Positions 37,851 through 52,028 of a DNA stretch of 64,000 nucleotides are shown here, piece by piece; position 1 is the first letter of the stretch, and every line of letters begins with the position of its first letter. A program made the position numbers and the translations under genes. The stretch lies in assembly GCF_001194135.2 (NCBI RefSeq), contig NC_068987.1, forward strand, positions 104,516,833 to 104,580,832. The letters are read 5' to 3'. Under the pieces are notes generated by a model. That model ran no database searches and was not told the origin of the DNA. It was given only the letters and a program-made list of their open reading frames with translations. The stretch comes from Octopus bimaculoides (lineage: Eukaryota).

Positions 37851-38280
37851 ATATATATATATATATATNNNNNNNNNNNNNNNNNNNNNNNNNNNNNNNN
37901 NNNNNNNNNNNNNNNNNNNNNNNNNNNNNNNNNNNNNNNNNNNNNNNNNNNNNNNNNNNNNNNNNNNNNNNNNNNNNNNNNNNNNNNNNNNNNNNNNNNN
38001 NNNNNNNNNNNNNNNNNNNNNNNNNNNNNNNNNNNNNNNNNNNNNNNNNNNNNNNNNNNNNNNNNNNNNNNNNNNNNNNNNNNNNNNNNNNNNNNNNNNN
38101 NNNNNNNNNNNNNNNNNNNNNNNNNNNNNNNNNNNNNNNNNNNNNNNNNNNNNNNNNNNNNNNNNNNNNNNNNNNNNNNNNNNNNNNNNNNNNNNNNNNN
38201 NNNNNNNNNNNNNNNNNNNNNNNNNNNNNNNNNNNNNNNNNNNNNNNNNNNNNNNNNNNNNNNNNNNNNNNNNNNNNNNN

Positions 38281-38362
38281 GCTCATGGAAACAAGGCGGC
38301 ACCGGGTGTCGAACTCATGGTCGTGCCATCATGTCCCAAATACGCTACCCACTAAGCCCACG
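38281..38362 (-). mobile_element. tRNA-like SINE head (rest in gap)
   Basis: The minus strand reads TGGGCTTAGTGGGTAGCG...GAGTTCGACACCCGG (A/B boxes). Confidence 0.6.
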
Positions 38363-38415
38363 CATCTATATGTGTGCGTGTGCGCGTGTGTGTGTGTACC
38401 TAGAGAGTGGGTTGC

Positions 38416-38464
<49 letters not shown>

Positions 38465-38792
38465 CACACGAATATATATAGACAGATATATAGAAAGACA
38501 AACACACAGACAGAATAAAGCTTTATAGAGTCAGTCTCGAGCCTACAAGCTCATATGGCCGGACTTGTACTTGGAAGGACCTCAAATAAGTTGTAAGGAT
38601 CGTCGACAACACTTGGTACTCTTTTCCAATGACTATAGACGCAGATCTAAGTCCTTAGATCTAAGGGTCAGCCTAACACATTCATGACATGGCTTTCGGT
38701 ACCGAACAGCGGTATTTCATCTCCTGTTGCTCCAGTCTACTCAGCTAATACGTATTGTACCTACCTACCTACCTACCTACCTACCTACCTAC

Positions 38793-38846
<54 letters not shown>

Positions 38847-39863
38847 GTCTGTCTATCTGTCTATCTTAATATATATNNNNNNNNNNNNNNNNNNNNNNNN
38901 NNNNNNNNNNNNNNNNNNNNNNNNNNNNNNNNNNNNNNNNNNNNNNNNNNNNNNNNNNNNNNNNNNNNNNNNNNNNNNNNNNNNNNNNNNNNNNNNNNNN
39001 NNNNNNNNNNNNNNNNNNNNNNNNNNNNNNNNNNNNNNNNNNNNNNNNNNNNNNNNNNNNNNNNNNNNNNNNNNNNNNNNNNNNNNNNNNNNNNNNNNNN
39101 NNNNNNNNNNNNNNNNNNNNNNNNNNNNNNNNNNNNNNNNNNNNNNNNNNNNNNNNNNNNNNNNNNNNNNNNNNNNNNNNNNNNNNNNNNNNNNNNNNNN
39201 NNNNNNNNNNNNNNNNNNNNNNNNNNNNNNNNNNNNNNNNNNNNNNNNNNNNNNNNNNNNNNNNNNNNNNNNNNNNNNNNNNNNNNNNNNNNNNNNNNNN
39301 NNNNNNNNNNNNNNNNNNNNNNNNNNNNNNNNNNNNNNNNNNNNNNNNNNNNNNNNNNNNNNNNNNNNNNNNNNNNNNNNNNNNNNNNNNNNNNNNNNNN
39401 NNNNNNNNNNNNNNNNNNNNNNNNNNNNNNNNNNNNNNNNNNNNNNNNNNNNNNNNNNNNNNNNNNNNNNNNNNNNNNNNNNNNNNNNNNNNNNNNNNNN
39501 NNNNNNNNNNNNNNNNNNNNNNNNNNNNNNNNNNNNNNNNNNNNNNNNNNNNNNNNNNNNNNNNNNNNNNNNNNNNNNNNNNNNNNNNNNNNNNNNNNNN
39601 NNNNNNNNNNNNNNNNNNNNNNNNNNNNNNNNNNNNNNNNNNNNNNNNNNNNNNNNNNNNNNNNNNNNNNNNNNNNNNNNNNNNNNNNNNNNNNNNNNNN
39701 NNNNNNNNNNNNNNNNNNNNNNNNNNNNNNNNNNNNNNNNNNNNNNNNNNNNNNNNNNNNNNNNNNNNNNNNNNNNNNNNNNNNNNNNNNNNNNNNNNNN
39801 NNNNNNNNNNNNNNNNNNNNNNNNNNNNNNNNNNNNNNNNNNNNNNNNNNNNNNNNNNNNNNN

Positions 39864-39932
<69 letters not shown>

Positions 39933-42040
39933 ATGGGAAGGAGTGACAAAGAGAAAAGGTATTGCTTTGTATAGCTTTGGTCAAAGCAGCAAATGCTGGG
40001 ATTGACCTCATTTATTATTTATGAACCTGTAATCACAAATTAATCACACATATGTTGATGTAAATTTCGTATCTTGAAATATTCATATTGTATTCACAGG
40101 TCATGCGCGCATATATATTACCTTTACAAGTGTACACATTTAATCAACCTTACAGAGATACTAAATTAAATTATAATTTCAGGATATATCACCACTGTAC
40201 GCTCAAACGTGTGTGAGCGCGCGTGTGTGTTAGTACATGTGTGTGCGTGTGTGTGTGTGTGTATGCAAGGGAGAAAGAGAGAGAGAGAGAGAGAGAGGGT
40301 ATGGTGGAGAAGGGAGTGCTTGAGAGGGCGGAGAGAAATAGGTTGTTGCACAATAACATAGGCAGTCACTGAGACCATGTTACACCTGGAAAGGTACGCC
40401 TTCGCTATTCACGAACAGAGGATGGCAAGCAACTTCCTGATTGAAAAAGTAATAAAGTCAAAAAAAAATGCGATAGAGAATACAGGTTGAGTCTGTTGTT
40501 ATTCACATGGCTTTAACTGATTATCCGTTATACAAAGTTGATAAGTAATTGTATGGAAGAGAAAAGTGTCTCCAAACCGGGAAAGTTATTTATGTGGGCA
40601 ACCAAAATATTATCTGTGCGATTGCTCGACCTGCTATAGAGAGAAGCCAAACCCTTCTTAAAATATTTCCTTTCTGTCTTTAAAATAGGGAATGATGTAA
40701 TATATAAGGTTAATATGAAGGCGTTTGCGACCGGAAATCTTGCGATTATAGGTGTTCTCGAAAAGGACTGACATGAAGCTTTTGTAGCTTGATTGCACGA
40801 ATTTCCTCAAAACGTATTATCGATACATTGTAAAATGCCTCAACTTACGAAGCCCCATCGAGGGAGAGAAAGTTTGTGTATAGGTGTATTTGTGCATATT
40901 GGTAGATTATAAGTGAGTAAATTTCGAGTGTTTGTACAGGACTATATAAAGTGACAAATATACATGGCACGGCTCATTAGAACCATGTGCTAACATTCTT
41001 TAAGGGTGTAGTGTTCTGTTGCTGCAACAGCAATGGAACAAATAGCTATCTTGATTACTTTGTTACATAATTTATACTTATCATAAACTAATAACCGTTT
41101 TTCAGTCATTATGATGGCCCTTATTGCACTAAGCTGAGTAAAATAAAATAAGATAATACAAACTGAAAGGAAATAAAATAACAACGCTCACTTGAAAATA
41201 ACAGCACGTTCAGAAGACCGAGGCACGTGGAGAGAGCGGTCTGTTGACAGACAGTTCAGTAAACCACTTTCTATGGTGCACGTTATATTCCTTTGGATAG
41301 GAAGCCAGATATTTGTAGCGTGACCCAATTAAATGTTTTAGAACAGATGTTTTGAGAATAGTTTTGATGATTTTTTCGATTTACCCTCGTTTATAACGTA
41401 TTCATACAGTCCAGTGTCTTTAAAAAAGAACATTCTTTAGTTCGCGTATTCAATACGCTTCATTGTTGGATTCCTCAATTGTCTCCTACATAGTATTTCA
41501 GTGGCCATTCTTTTTACTACGACCTTAATACTCGCTTTACAATACTCACTACGACAATGCATTTGGCGGCATTGGCAAAATAATGTATTTAATGTTCCTC
41601 GTTTGTATGTTACTGGTTTCTGTATGAGAGAATAACGAGGATATTCTAACGTTTATACATTTCCCAGCAGGGTTAGGTGTGTTAATGAAAGGAAATAGTG
41701 CCAACTGATTTTTGAAGCCATGTGGCAGACAAGGCTTACTGGTAATTTACTTCCTTTTCTACAACACTTGTTACTTCCTTTATATGCCATAAATATATTT
41801 CAGTTTTTCGGATATAACAAAAGAACACTTTTTACTTTATGAATTATAGAAAATAATTTTTTAACTTGAAATCTCTTTGAACATTAGTGGACGTCTTCTC
41901 CCAAAGTACCTATATAGTATCTATATACTACCAATATAGCACCTGATGTAGTACTTTTATAGTACACAAAAACAATGACAAAACAGAAAGTGTGACATGG
42001 TTACTGAAAGCACAATAAAGACTATAGCATTAAATGAACT

Positions 42041-42215
42041 AAAGGCGGCACGCCGGATTTCTTCCGTTCTGAGTTCAAGTGTTGCCGAGGTCGACTTTGC
42101 CTTTCATTCTTCCGGGGGTCGATAAATTAAGTACTAGTTGCGTACTTGGGTCGATCTAATCGACTGGCCCTCTCCCCCAAAATTTCGGGCCTGGTGCCTA
42201 GAGTAGCAAAGAATA
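42041..42215 (+). mobile_element. SINE family B, head internally deleted
   Basis: AAAGGCGGCACGCCGG...CTGAGTTCAAG...GTGCCTAGAGTAGCAAAGAAT. Confidence 0.85.
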
Positions 42216-42218
42216 TTT

Positions 42219-42508
42219 AAAGGCGGCGAGCTGGCAGAAACGTTAGCACGCCGTTTGTCCTTGCTTGTCCCCTCTATGTTTAGCCCCTTGTGGGCAATAA
42301 AGAAATAAGAATAGTTAGCACGCCGGGCGAAATGCTTAGCGGTATTTCGTCTGTCTTTACGTTCTGAGTTCAAATTCCGCCGAGGTCGACTTTGCCTTTC
42401 ATTCTTCCGGGGGTCGATAAATTAAGTACTAGTTGCGTACTGGGGTCGATCTAATCGACTGGCCCTCTCCCCCCAAATTTCGGGCCCGGTGCCTAGAGTA
42501 GAAAAGAG
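42219..42508 (+). mobile_element. SINE family B interrupted by a 60-bp nested insertion with 12-bp TSD
   Basis: GTTAGCACGCCG is duplicated at 42242-42253 and 42314-42325. The insert 42254-42313 ends in an A-rich tail AAAGAAATAAGAATA. Confidence 0.9.
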
Positions 42509-43399
42509 TATAATCCACTTACAGTGTTTATGCCTATAGTAGAAAGAAATATTGGACTGAAGAGCACTGACATACATATTGCGTCTCCCCTTGAAGACCG
42601 TTATCCAAAAGGTATGGACAAATAAAGAGAATTAGTAAGTTATAGTAATGGTAGCGGTTTGGGGAAATTAGGATCATCATAACAAAATGGAAGGAAAAAT
42701 CAGATTTTGAAGAAATTTTCATAATGTTAAACATCAAGTAGGTTTCCCAGCATTCTAGAATGGTAAACTAATGGTTAAGAATAAATACTTTGACGGTCAA
42801 TGTAAATGATGGAACCTTGGTAAATGCTTTTCACGGGTTTTGATAGAATTTCTGAATAAAGGCAAAATTCGTTCTAATTTTGATATTTTGGATCACAAAA
42901 AAAAGACATTTTTCGGTTGTGGAAGTTACATAACGCCCTGATGTTGATATTGTTAAACTTTATGAATATGGAAGAGTTTGCGATTCACAGTAGCTCTATT
43001 ATTTTAGGTAAACGATAACTTTTTGTAACCATCTTTACTGCAGAAAATTCCAGCGCATGAGGCGTTAGTTTGACTTTTGCTGTATAATGTGCAAAATAAG
43101 TGACAAAATTGATTGTTCGAGCTAAAACACTAGTCTACCTTTTGCTTTTTCACACACATACACACAAAAAAAAACATTTCCTTTCTCATAGTTTGACTAT
43201 CACCCAAAGAAAGCTAGTTTTTTCTATAAAGATTTAATAAGATTACTTTTGACAAAGTCCACAATCGAAATTCTTTTGGAAACGTGACATAATTGACTTA
43301 TTTGACTCCAGTATATTTCTGATGTCTACTTTGCCGACCACGAATTACGCAAACCTATGTTGACACCGACACAATTAAACTTCTCAACTGCTGGAAAGA

Positions 43400-44400
43400 A
43401 ATTTAGTCCAGTAAAGCTGCAGCTGTACAGACCGTGAACTCTTAAGTGAATGAAAAACTTAAGAAGCCAGAGATTTCAAAAGGCTGCTTTGCAGTTTTAA
43501 GGAGGACAGCAGAGAAAAGAGATGCCGGGGAATGGAGTAGATTCTTGAGAATGTAGTATGCACTCAGAAAGTTCAAAAGAAATCATTATAATAAGTCCAT
43601 GAAAGATATAGAGATGGAAATCAACTGGGGTAAGAAGGGTGAATAGACTTGTTAATTTATCAACGAGCTGATCTCTTATTTGGGATGCGATCTAGAATGC
43701 ATATATGAGTATGTTGGATGTAAAGCCCCCCCCCCTGGTGTATAAGCTGTCTGCAGATGAAGTAGAAAAAAAAAAGGAAACTAATATTTCTTATTTCATT
43801 TTACTTATGCAGTGGAGTGTGTATTTTCAGTTTAGTGGTCATCATACATAATAAAATTTAACAATTTTAGAGAGTAGTTTGTGTGGTAAAGGTGCTGTGC
43901 TTCGGAGACATTTTTGCAACATGTGAAGCGTCAATATTTTAATACATCTGAAGGTAACTTGAAAGGCATATTCTTGTTGCAAATTCCTCCTTAAGTTGCG
44001 CTTAGGGAAATGTATGTGCTTTATGAGGTGTACTGAGGTTGCATATGGAGGAGACCTATGTATCAAAGAAGAGTAAAGATGACATTTTAGAACTGAATAT
44101 ATATGGGTGTTAAAAGTCGAGAAAAGAGTAGAAATATAAACAAGCTTCAACATTTATAGATTTGAAGTTTGAATAAGCCCTCCCAACTTCTGCAGTAGCA
44201 TAGCAGGCAAAAAGCTCCTACGAAGCCTGTGAGCTTATTGATCAGCGGAGCTCGTAGTCAGACAACTTTTGTAGAAGGTTTATATATGATACAATATTGA
44301 AAACTTAGTCGATATCAAGATTAAGAATTTCGATATCATAGGGGGTTTGAGGCCCGTTTATGACATAAGAAGAATAGTTTCCAATAGATAAGATTCTCTA
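43400..44400 (-). mobile_element. Highly decayed CR1/Jockey-group LINE RT and C-terminal remnant
   Basis: Minus-strand scraps LINKLTGF (LL.KL..fG), IYSVLKCHLYSS (position of the YADD motif, degenerate) and LDRIPNKR (LDrIQkRA) occur in the expected order. Similarity is weak. Confidence 0.35.
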
Positions 44401-46541
44401 AATATCATACGAGTGATCTCTAAGAAAGGAAATAGATTCTAGGTAGGTGAGAAAAGTGGTACTCATTTATAATTGAGTCCATTAACACATATATTAGTTT
44501 TACTGAGGATTACTATTCGATGATTGATTTCGAAGAGATTGATCACAGTATGCGAATGCCTCTACACAAGAAGGTGGTTTCACCAGAACAGATATAGTAA
44601 ATATAAATTTTTAAATGCATGTGTGTTTGTTTATGCGTTCAGATTTTGGTTTGTGTCTATAGTTATGTATAGAGATGAAATCACTAAATGTTTAAAGTAA
44701 AACAACTTATTGACATGAGCTGATACTTTGCAGCCTTTGCCCCCATGAGCTTGTATCAAAATCCCTTAATCCTATCTTCCACAGCTTATCTTTCTAGAGT
44801 TTATTTCAGAAATAATTAATTAATGTATATATATTATCGTCCTGCCATTCCTTATTCACTATTTATTTTCTTCATGTACATAGACTGCAAAATAGAACGT
44901 TTGGTAATTTTGAACGTACTTTGCTTGGTACGTCAGTTTGCTTGGGTATTTGTATATATACAAATATTCACTAACTTTAAAGACATTTGTTTTTCCTTGT
45001 TAGTCGTCAAATAATTTAAAACCATTACAATGTGTCAATATTTCGTGCTTGTAGGAATTATATATCAGTAACTATTGTGCTTTCATAGTCAAACACGCTG
45101 CGTACTTTTGGAATTAATTTAAAATAAATAAGCTAGCGTTTTTGTATTATAAGTCTAAAATCTGTTGCGTCAAATTTAATTTGGTTTCATTTTAGATGGT
45201 TCATTCATCAATTACATAATAGTTGAGATGGTTAAAGTATGTAGACAATATGTATTTAAGCAAGGCATCCGGCGCTTCTGCCATTTTCTTCCTGTCTGCA
45301 AATGCGTAGAAAAGTGATTTTTTTCTATAGTAGGTTGCCACGTGTATGTTGAACGATGACTATTTCTGTTGATTCATTCTATCAACGACATATTCACCGA
45401 CGAGGGTATTAATTTCATCAAGTGTGCCAATTACTCCGAAAAATGATTGTTTCAACCAGTTCTAAAATATGCAGCTGTCACCCACCATTTATTAGAGCTT
45501 TTCACAAAATATTATATTTCTCTTAATTTAAAACGACCAGTGCTTCAAAATGGACACCCAAGTCGGTATTGTTTAACTGGTTGCTGATTTGTATTAACAA
45601 ACAAAAATGATGACATCAATGCCTCGAGTTACTACCGTTTTTTCATTTCCTCCTGTTTCAGCTAGACTAAAAAATAGATGAATGTAAAGTCAACTTGACG
45701 CTGTTGTTGACAATTACATCAGCGATAATATTGATGGTTGCACAACAGACTTTAAATTGGAAGAGCTAACATCCTGTAATAACGGCATGGACAACAGTGT
45801 CAACAGAAACAACAAAAGCATCAACACCAGTCGAATTAGAGACAGCATCGACAATATCGTCAACAGTTGTAACAGCAATAACAACATAACAAAATAACAT
45901 TGATATTAAAAAAAAATACAGCAAGAGCAACAAATATTAATATAAAACATAAAAACATTAAAAAAAAAACATTCTAGTAGCAAATAATATTTATGATAAA
46001 GACAGTGTTGCTAAAACTATAGCGATAAAAATATATTAATTAAAAACACCAGACAGATATGATAATCAAGTTTGTAATTAACAAAGAGAAAGTTCTACAA
46101 AGTATCAGACCATTTTATTAATGTATAGATAAACAGATAAAATAAGTTAAAACAAAACCCCACAGTGGTCAAATGTATATTATCGTATTTAAAAGATGTA
46201 TATATAATTATATGTTTATAGTATGTATATATTCATCTGAGCGTGTCTTTCTCAATTACTTTCAGACAAGCCATTTTTTTTTTACTTTTTCTGAACATAA
46301 ACCTGTCTTTATGAAGTGTGTGTACATCTTGCCTCCAGACTAGGTTTCTGAGAACTCATTATAGTTCATGTGCGAATGTGTTTGGATGTATGAGTGAATT
46401 CTTATTACATACTCACACACTTACGTAGATACACAGACACATGCGATTTATCATGTTTCGCACACACGCATACACACACGCACACATACGCAAACAAACG
46501 CATATAAACACGTATACATATATAAATGATGGTCTGTGTGC

Positions 46542-46596
<55 letters not shown>

Positions 46597-46732
46597 TATG
46601 TATAGGGATATATGTGTGCGTTTGTCTGCGTTTATATTTATACATGTGAATATACAGATACACATACACACACACGGTATATATGTGTGTGTGTATACAC
46701 ACACATACATATATATGCATATGCATACATAC

Positions 46733-46766
<34 letters not shown>

Positions 46767-47083
46767 ATATACATACATANNNNNNNNNNNNNNNNNNNNN
46801 NNNNNNNNNNNNNNNNNNNNNNNNNNNNNNNNNNNNNNNNNNNNNNNNNNNNNNNNNNNNNNNNNNNNNNNNNNNNNNNNNNNNNNNNNNNNNNNNNNNN
46901 NNNNNNNNNNNNNNNNNNNNNNNNNNNNNNNNNNNNNNNNNNNNNNNNNNNNNNNNNNNNNNNNNNNNNNNNNNNNNNNNNNNNNNNNNNNNNNNNNNNN
47001 NNNNNNNNNNNNNNNNNNNNNNNNNNNNNNNNNNNNNNNNNNNNNNCTTTATATTACATTAATCTTAATCTTAATCTTATTTC

Positions 47084-47128
47084 GGCCAGAGTTCTTTCGT
47101 CACACTTCTGTGACCTCATCAGTGGTCC
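47084..47128 (-). ncRNA. Minimal type-I hammerhead ribozyme motif (probably Penelope-associated)
   Basis: GGACCA-CUGAUGA-G-GUCACA-GAAG-UGUGAC-GAAA-G-AA-C-UC-UGGCC. The core is complete, stem II is 6 bp, stem I is 3+2 bp with a bulge, stem III is 2 bp, and the cleavage triplet is CUC. Confidence 0.7.
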
Positions 47129-47550
47129 TTTGTTTCCTTCTTTCTTATGTGTGTCTCACCTTGCTAACTATCAGCCATATATCAGCCATATATATATATA
47201 TACCTATACATAATATATGTAAGTAAATGCATAGATACGCAAAATTATATACAAAACACACACGTTAATACGTACTCGTGCGTGTATGTTTGCTTTCATA
47301 CACACTTATGTGTAAACATGTATGTAGATTAACCGATTCAATTAACCCCAACAATAGTCTCAGTTGTACACCAAACAATCAGATAAAAGAAAACAGAAGT
47401 TATACATAATTTTCTACTGACGTGAAATGTTCTGCTTCATAAACATCATATTATAAAATAATAATGATAGTAAATGGTATAAATGTATGTGTATATGCTT
47501 ACTTTTTTTATGCATGTATGTATGTATATATGTATGTACGTATGTATTTG

Positions 47551-47582
<32 letters not shown>

Positions 47583-47912
47583 TGTATGTATGATGTATGT
47601 ATGTATGTATGTATGTATGTATGTATGTATGTGAATGTATGTGTGAATGTATATATGTATATGTGTTCGTGGAAATAAACCATTCTCTATACATGCATAC
47701 ATACATACATACTTACATACATACATACGTACGTACATACACATACATATATATGTTATATGCACACAACACACACACACATACATATACATATATATAT
47801 GTCATATATAAGAGATAGATAGATAGATACATACATACATACATACATACATACATACATACATAGGTAGATACATACATAGATAGATACATAGAGAGAT
47901 AGACAGACAGAC

Positions 47913-48001
<89 letters not shown>

Positions 48002-48057
48002 CACACGCACATACGTGTATATACATATGTATGTATGTATGTATAGTTAACTAAGAC

Positions 48058-48109
48058 TACTGAGTACTGAGTACTGAGTACTGAGTACTGAGTACTGAGT
48101 ACTGAGTAC
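48058..48109. repeat. 7-bp tandem repeat (TACTGAG) x 7
   Basis: Directly visible. Confidence 0.95.
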
Positions 48110-48780
48110 ATAGTTTCAGGGAGTCTGGAACAGAGTATTGGTAGTTGACTAAAATAGACGTTTTAGTCATATTTATAAGCAAGAATTGAGAGATAACATT
48201 AAAAAAAAAAGTTAGCCATTTTCAGTTTTTCTTGAAATCAATGAGTCGATAACTTATTTCAGTATGATCATTGATTTGAACTATTCCTTGGAAAAAGATC
48301 GTACCTTGTTAAAAGAAATATTTCTTCTCTGAACAATTACTTTCCAATTCCGTCATACCCATCCTTAACTTATAATTCAATGCGGTGTTTTTAACTGAAA
48401 TTTGAACAGTTTTAATGTTATTTTATTTCGTTTGTTATGTTCGATAATCTTAAATTGTAATTTATTGATGTTTTAGAAATCACCGTATATGCAACAGACT
48501 ACGTAAAAATATCATCACATTTAACGATAGGTATTGTATTTCAATTCAAATCTATGTTTTTTTTTTAAATACTGTTGATTTTTAATTTTTATATTTACTA
48601 AACATACAACCAAATTTTATAGCAGACATTGCAAGGGTGCATCGTCAAATAAATTGATACCAATACATATTTGATCGACCCCAGAGTCAGGAAATGTAAG
48701 GTTAGTTCTGATGAGATTCAAACTTGTAGACAAACTCGATATTGACTATAGACAGACAGAAACTTTACTGAACTTATTAT

Positions 48781-49125
48781 TGCTTCCCAACTACATGGTT
48801 CCAGGTTCAGTCTCACTGCGTGGCACTCTGGGTCAGTGTTTTTTGTTATAGCCTCGGGCCGACCAAAGTCTTGTGAGTGGATTTGGTAGACGGAAACTCA
48901 AAGAAAGCCGTCGTGTGTGTGTTTGTCCCTTTCCACCATCGCTTGACAACCGATGCTAGTGTGTTTATGTCACCGAAACATAGCAAAAGACACCGATAGA
49001 ACAAGTACTAGGCTTACAAAGAATAAGTTCTGAGGTCGATTTGTTCGACTAAAGGCGGTGCTCCAGCATGGCCATAGTCAAATAACTGAAACATGTAAAA
49101 GAATAAAACAATAAAAGAATAACAC
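48781..49125 (+). mobile_element. SINE family A (5' few bases missing)
   Basis: ACATGGTTCCAGGTTCAGTCTCACTGCGTGGCAC...GGCGGTGCTCCAGCATGGCC...GAAACATGTAAAAGAATAAAA. Confidence 0.85.
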
Positions 49126-51090
49126 AAGACTTGGGAAATAAATATAAAAAGAATTGCACGTAGCACTTGATAGGTATTTATTTTATTGTAGTTGGAGAAA
49201 TGACAGGTAAATATGACATTGGTGCTATTTAAACTTAGAATATACCCAGGGGTAACTAAATACTGCAATATATTTTGTCTGGCACTCTACCAATACTGTC
49301 ACACCACCATTGTTATTTTGTCCGATGTTGTGTTGATTCTGTCATCATCTTGTCTATTTCTTCACAGATTCTACTATTTACCATATTTTGGCATTTAATA
49401 TATTTAGAATATTGTTAACGTGTTGAGAAGGCTGTGTTGTGAGTGAAATGGAAGAGGGTCAAAGACAGAAATACCTAACAATATATAGTTGTATCCCTCT
49501 ATGTTAAAAATTCATAGGACTTTATGAAATAGTATGAGCGTCGTTCCTACAAATTTGCAATTGCTATTAAAAAGGGGAATCAGTAACTGAGGGAGAAGAA
49601 AAGGAAACAAAACGTATGGAATATGATATAATGTCTAACGAAAGAAAGAAATATGTATACTAATATTTAAAATGTTGGAAAATTTTCGATGGATCTTGAA
49701 TTTTAACCACGAATATCATTAAAATTTACATCTTTGTATTTTTTTTTTCTTTGGCTCATTCAGTAAAGATCAATTAGATATAAATTTCTTTCCTCAACAC
49801 CAAATTATTAAAACTGATATTTTTGAGCCAATATTCAATCAATAAGAAGTTTCCAAAAAAGGATTTGAATGACGTTTCATGAAATATTAGAAACCTTGAG
49901 AGATGGAAAGAATAAAATGCAACAAATAACTCAAATATGATTGAAAAATAAAACTAAAATATTAAAATCGAAGAATTAATTGATGTCCGTTGATTTCAGA
50001 AGTGTAAAGATGTTTCAATTTGGTTTACTGAGAACATACACCTGCAACAAAACACTGCTATGTTTTTCATTTTTATTTGTATTTAGATATAGAAACGCAA
50101 GTATATGGGAATGGAGTGTTACTTGTGGGTGTTCATGCCTTTCTCAAATCCATTTTCTGTTTAAATGAAAGGAAATACTTTTAAGTAAGAATCAAAACCA
50201 GACGCAGAATCGTCAAAATCTTGAAGACCAAATACAACTTAGCAGGGGAAACAACTCTAAATCTATCTGTTATAATTGCTCGCTGACCAGACAATAATGT
50301 CAGTAATCCGTTTATAAATCAATATATCTATTACTCACCCAGCTTCACGTCTCTCAGTTAACCAGCTCTAGTTTTAGACATTATCTAATGAATTATATCG
50401 CTAGTGAGTTGGTTATCAAAAGCAGAAGTCTTAATTACATCATTCACGTTTTATAATAATACCGCAGTTATACAAATAAGAATAATGCAAACAACCAAAA
50501 TATAAAATGTCGCTCTTCAGAATTTTATAGAATAATTTATTCAGAAAAGTTGGCATCGTGATTGTTGCAGGAAATTAATTAGTCAATCATTTGAACTCAT
50601 TAATAACGAAAGAGAATAATTATTAATTTAATAAAAACATTTTGTTATTAAATTTGAATTATTCCTTGTTACAAATATTTTTTTTTTCCTATAATAATTG
50701 AACACCTTCTTATTTTATATTTTATTGAAATTATTTCAATGAATTTGTATTCTATATTCTCTTCCGGGTATATGTGAAATTCTTCCTCTAAAATTTTCGT
50801 CAAATACTTTTTTGATTTTTCCACTTTCTATTTTATTTCACATGCATGTTATTTACGAAATTCAAATATAAAACATAAAAAGTGATTTGATTAATCTACT
50901 AGTTTTGCTGAGTTTATAGCCCTCGTAAGACTATAAGTTAATATTACAAACCAATTCGATTAATACCGATATGTTCCATATTACATTTTCCAACGTTTTG
51001 CTTACATCAGAGAACAAAAATCAATTATATAAATTCTTTTTTAAAAAAATTCATTTGCCTTACGTAAATACAATTAAAATTTGAGTTCGG

Positions 51091-51255
51091 CTCAGGCGTG
51101 GCTGTGTGGTAAGAAGGTCGCTTCCCAAGCACATGGTTCCGGATTCAGTCCCACTGCGTGGCACCTTAAACAGGTGTCTTTTACTATAGCTTCGGGCTGA
51201 TCAAAGCCTTGTGAGTGGATTTGATAGACGGAAACTGAAAAAAAGTCCGTTGTAT

Positions 51256-51311
<56 letters not shown>

Positions 51312-51372
51312 CCACATATATGTTTGTGTGTTTGTGTTTGTCTCCCCCATCATCATCGCTTGACAACCGATG
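51091..51372 (+). mobile_element. SINE family A (3' end in gap)
   Basis: CAGGCGTGGCTGTGTGGTAAG...GGATTCAGTCCCACTGCGTGGCACC...GCTTGACAACCGATG. Confidence 0.85.
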
Positions 51373-51873
51373 NNNNNNNNNNNNNNNNNNNNNNNNNNNN
51401 NNNNNNNNNNNNNNNNNNNNNNNNNNNNNNNNNNNNNNNNNNNNNNNNNNNNNNNNNNNNNNNNNNNNNNNNNNNNNNNNNNNNNNNNNNNNNNNNNNNN
51501 NNNNNNNNNNNNNNNNNNNNNNNNNNNNNNNNNNNNNNNNNNNNNNNNNNNNNNNNNNNNNNNNNNNNNNNNNNNNNNNNNNNNNNNNNNNNNNNNNNNN
51601 NNNNNNNNNNNNNNNNNNNNNNNNNNNNNNNNNNNNNNNNNNNNNNNNNNNNNNNNNNNNNNNNNNNNNNNNNNNNNNNNNNNNNNNNNNNNNNNNNNNN
51701 NNNNNNNNNNNNNNNNNNNNNNNNNNNNNNNNNNNNNNNNNNNNNNNNNNNNNNNNNNNNNNNNNNNNNNNNNNNNNNNNNNNNNNNNNNNNNNNNNNNA
51801 TATATATGTACATATATATACACATACATACATACATGCATCGCATACATACATACATACATACATACATACA

Positions 51874-51908
<35 letters not shown>

Positions 51909-51957
51909 GTATGTATATGTATTTAGTGGCAGAGTGACAGATTAGATAGATAGATAA

Positions 51958-52028
<71 letters not shown>

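Noticed and set aside
45328-45337. let-7-like TAGTAGGTTG
   Set aside because: Only a 10-nt match, with no seed (GAGGTAG) and no precursor hairpin.
48708-48745. CTGATGA as hammerhead core
   Set aside because: There is no GAAA after a paired stem II, and it lies in a degenerate SINE-B remnant.
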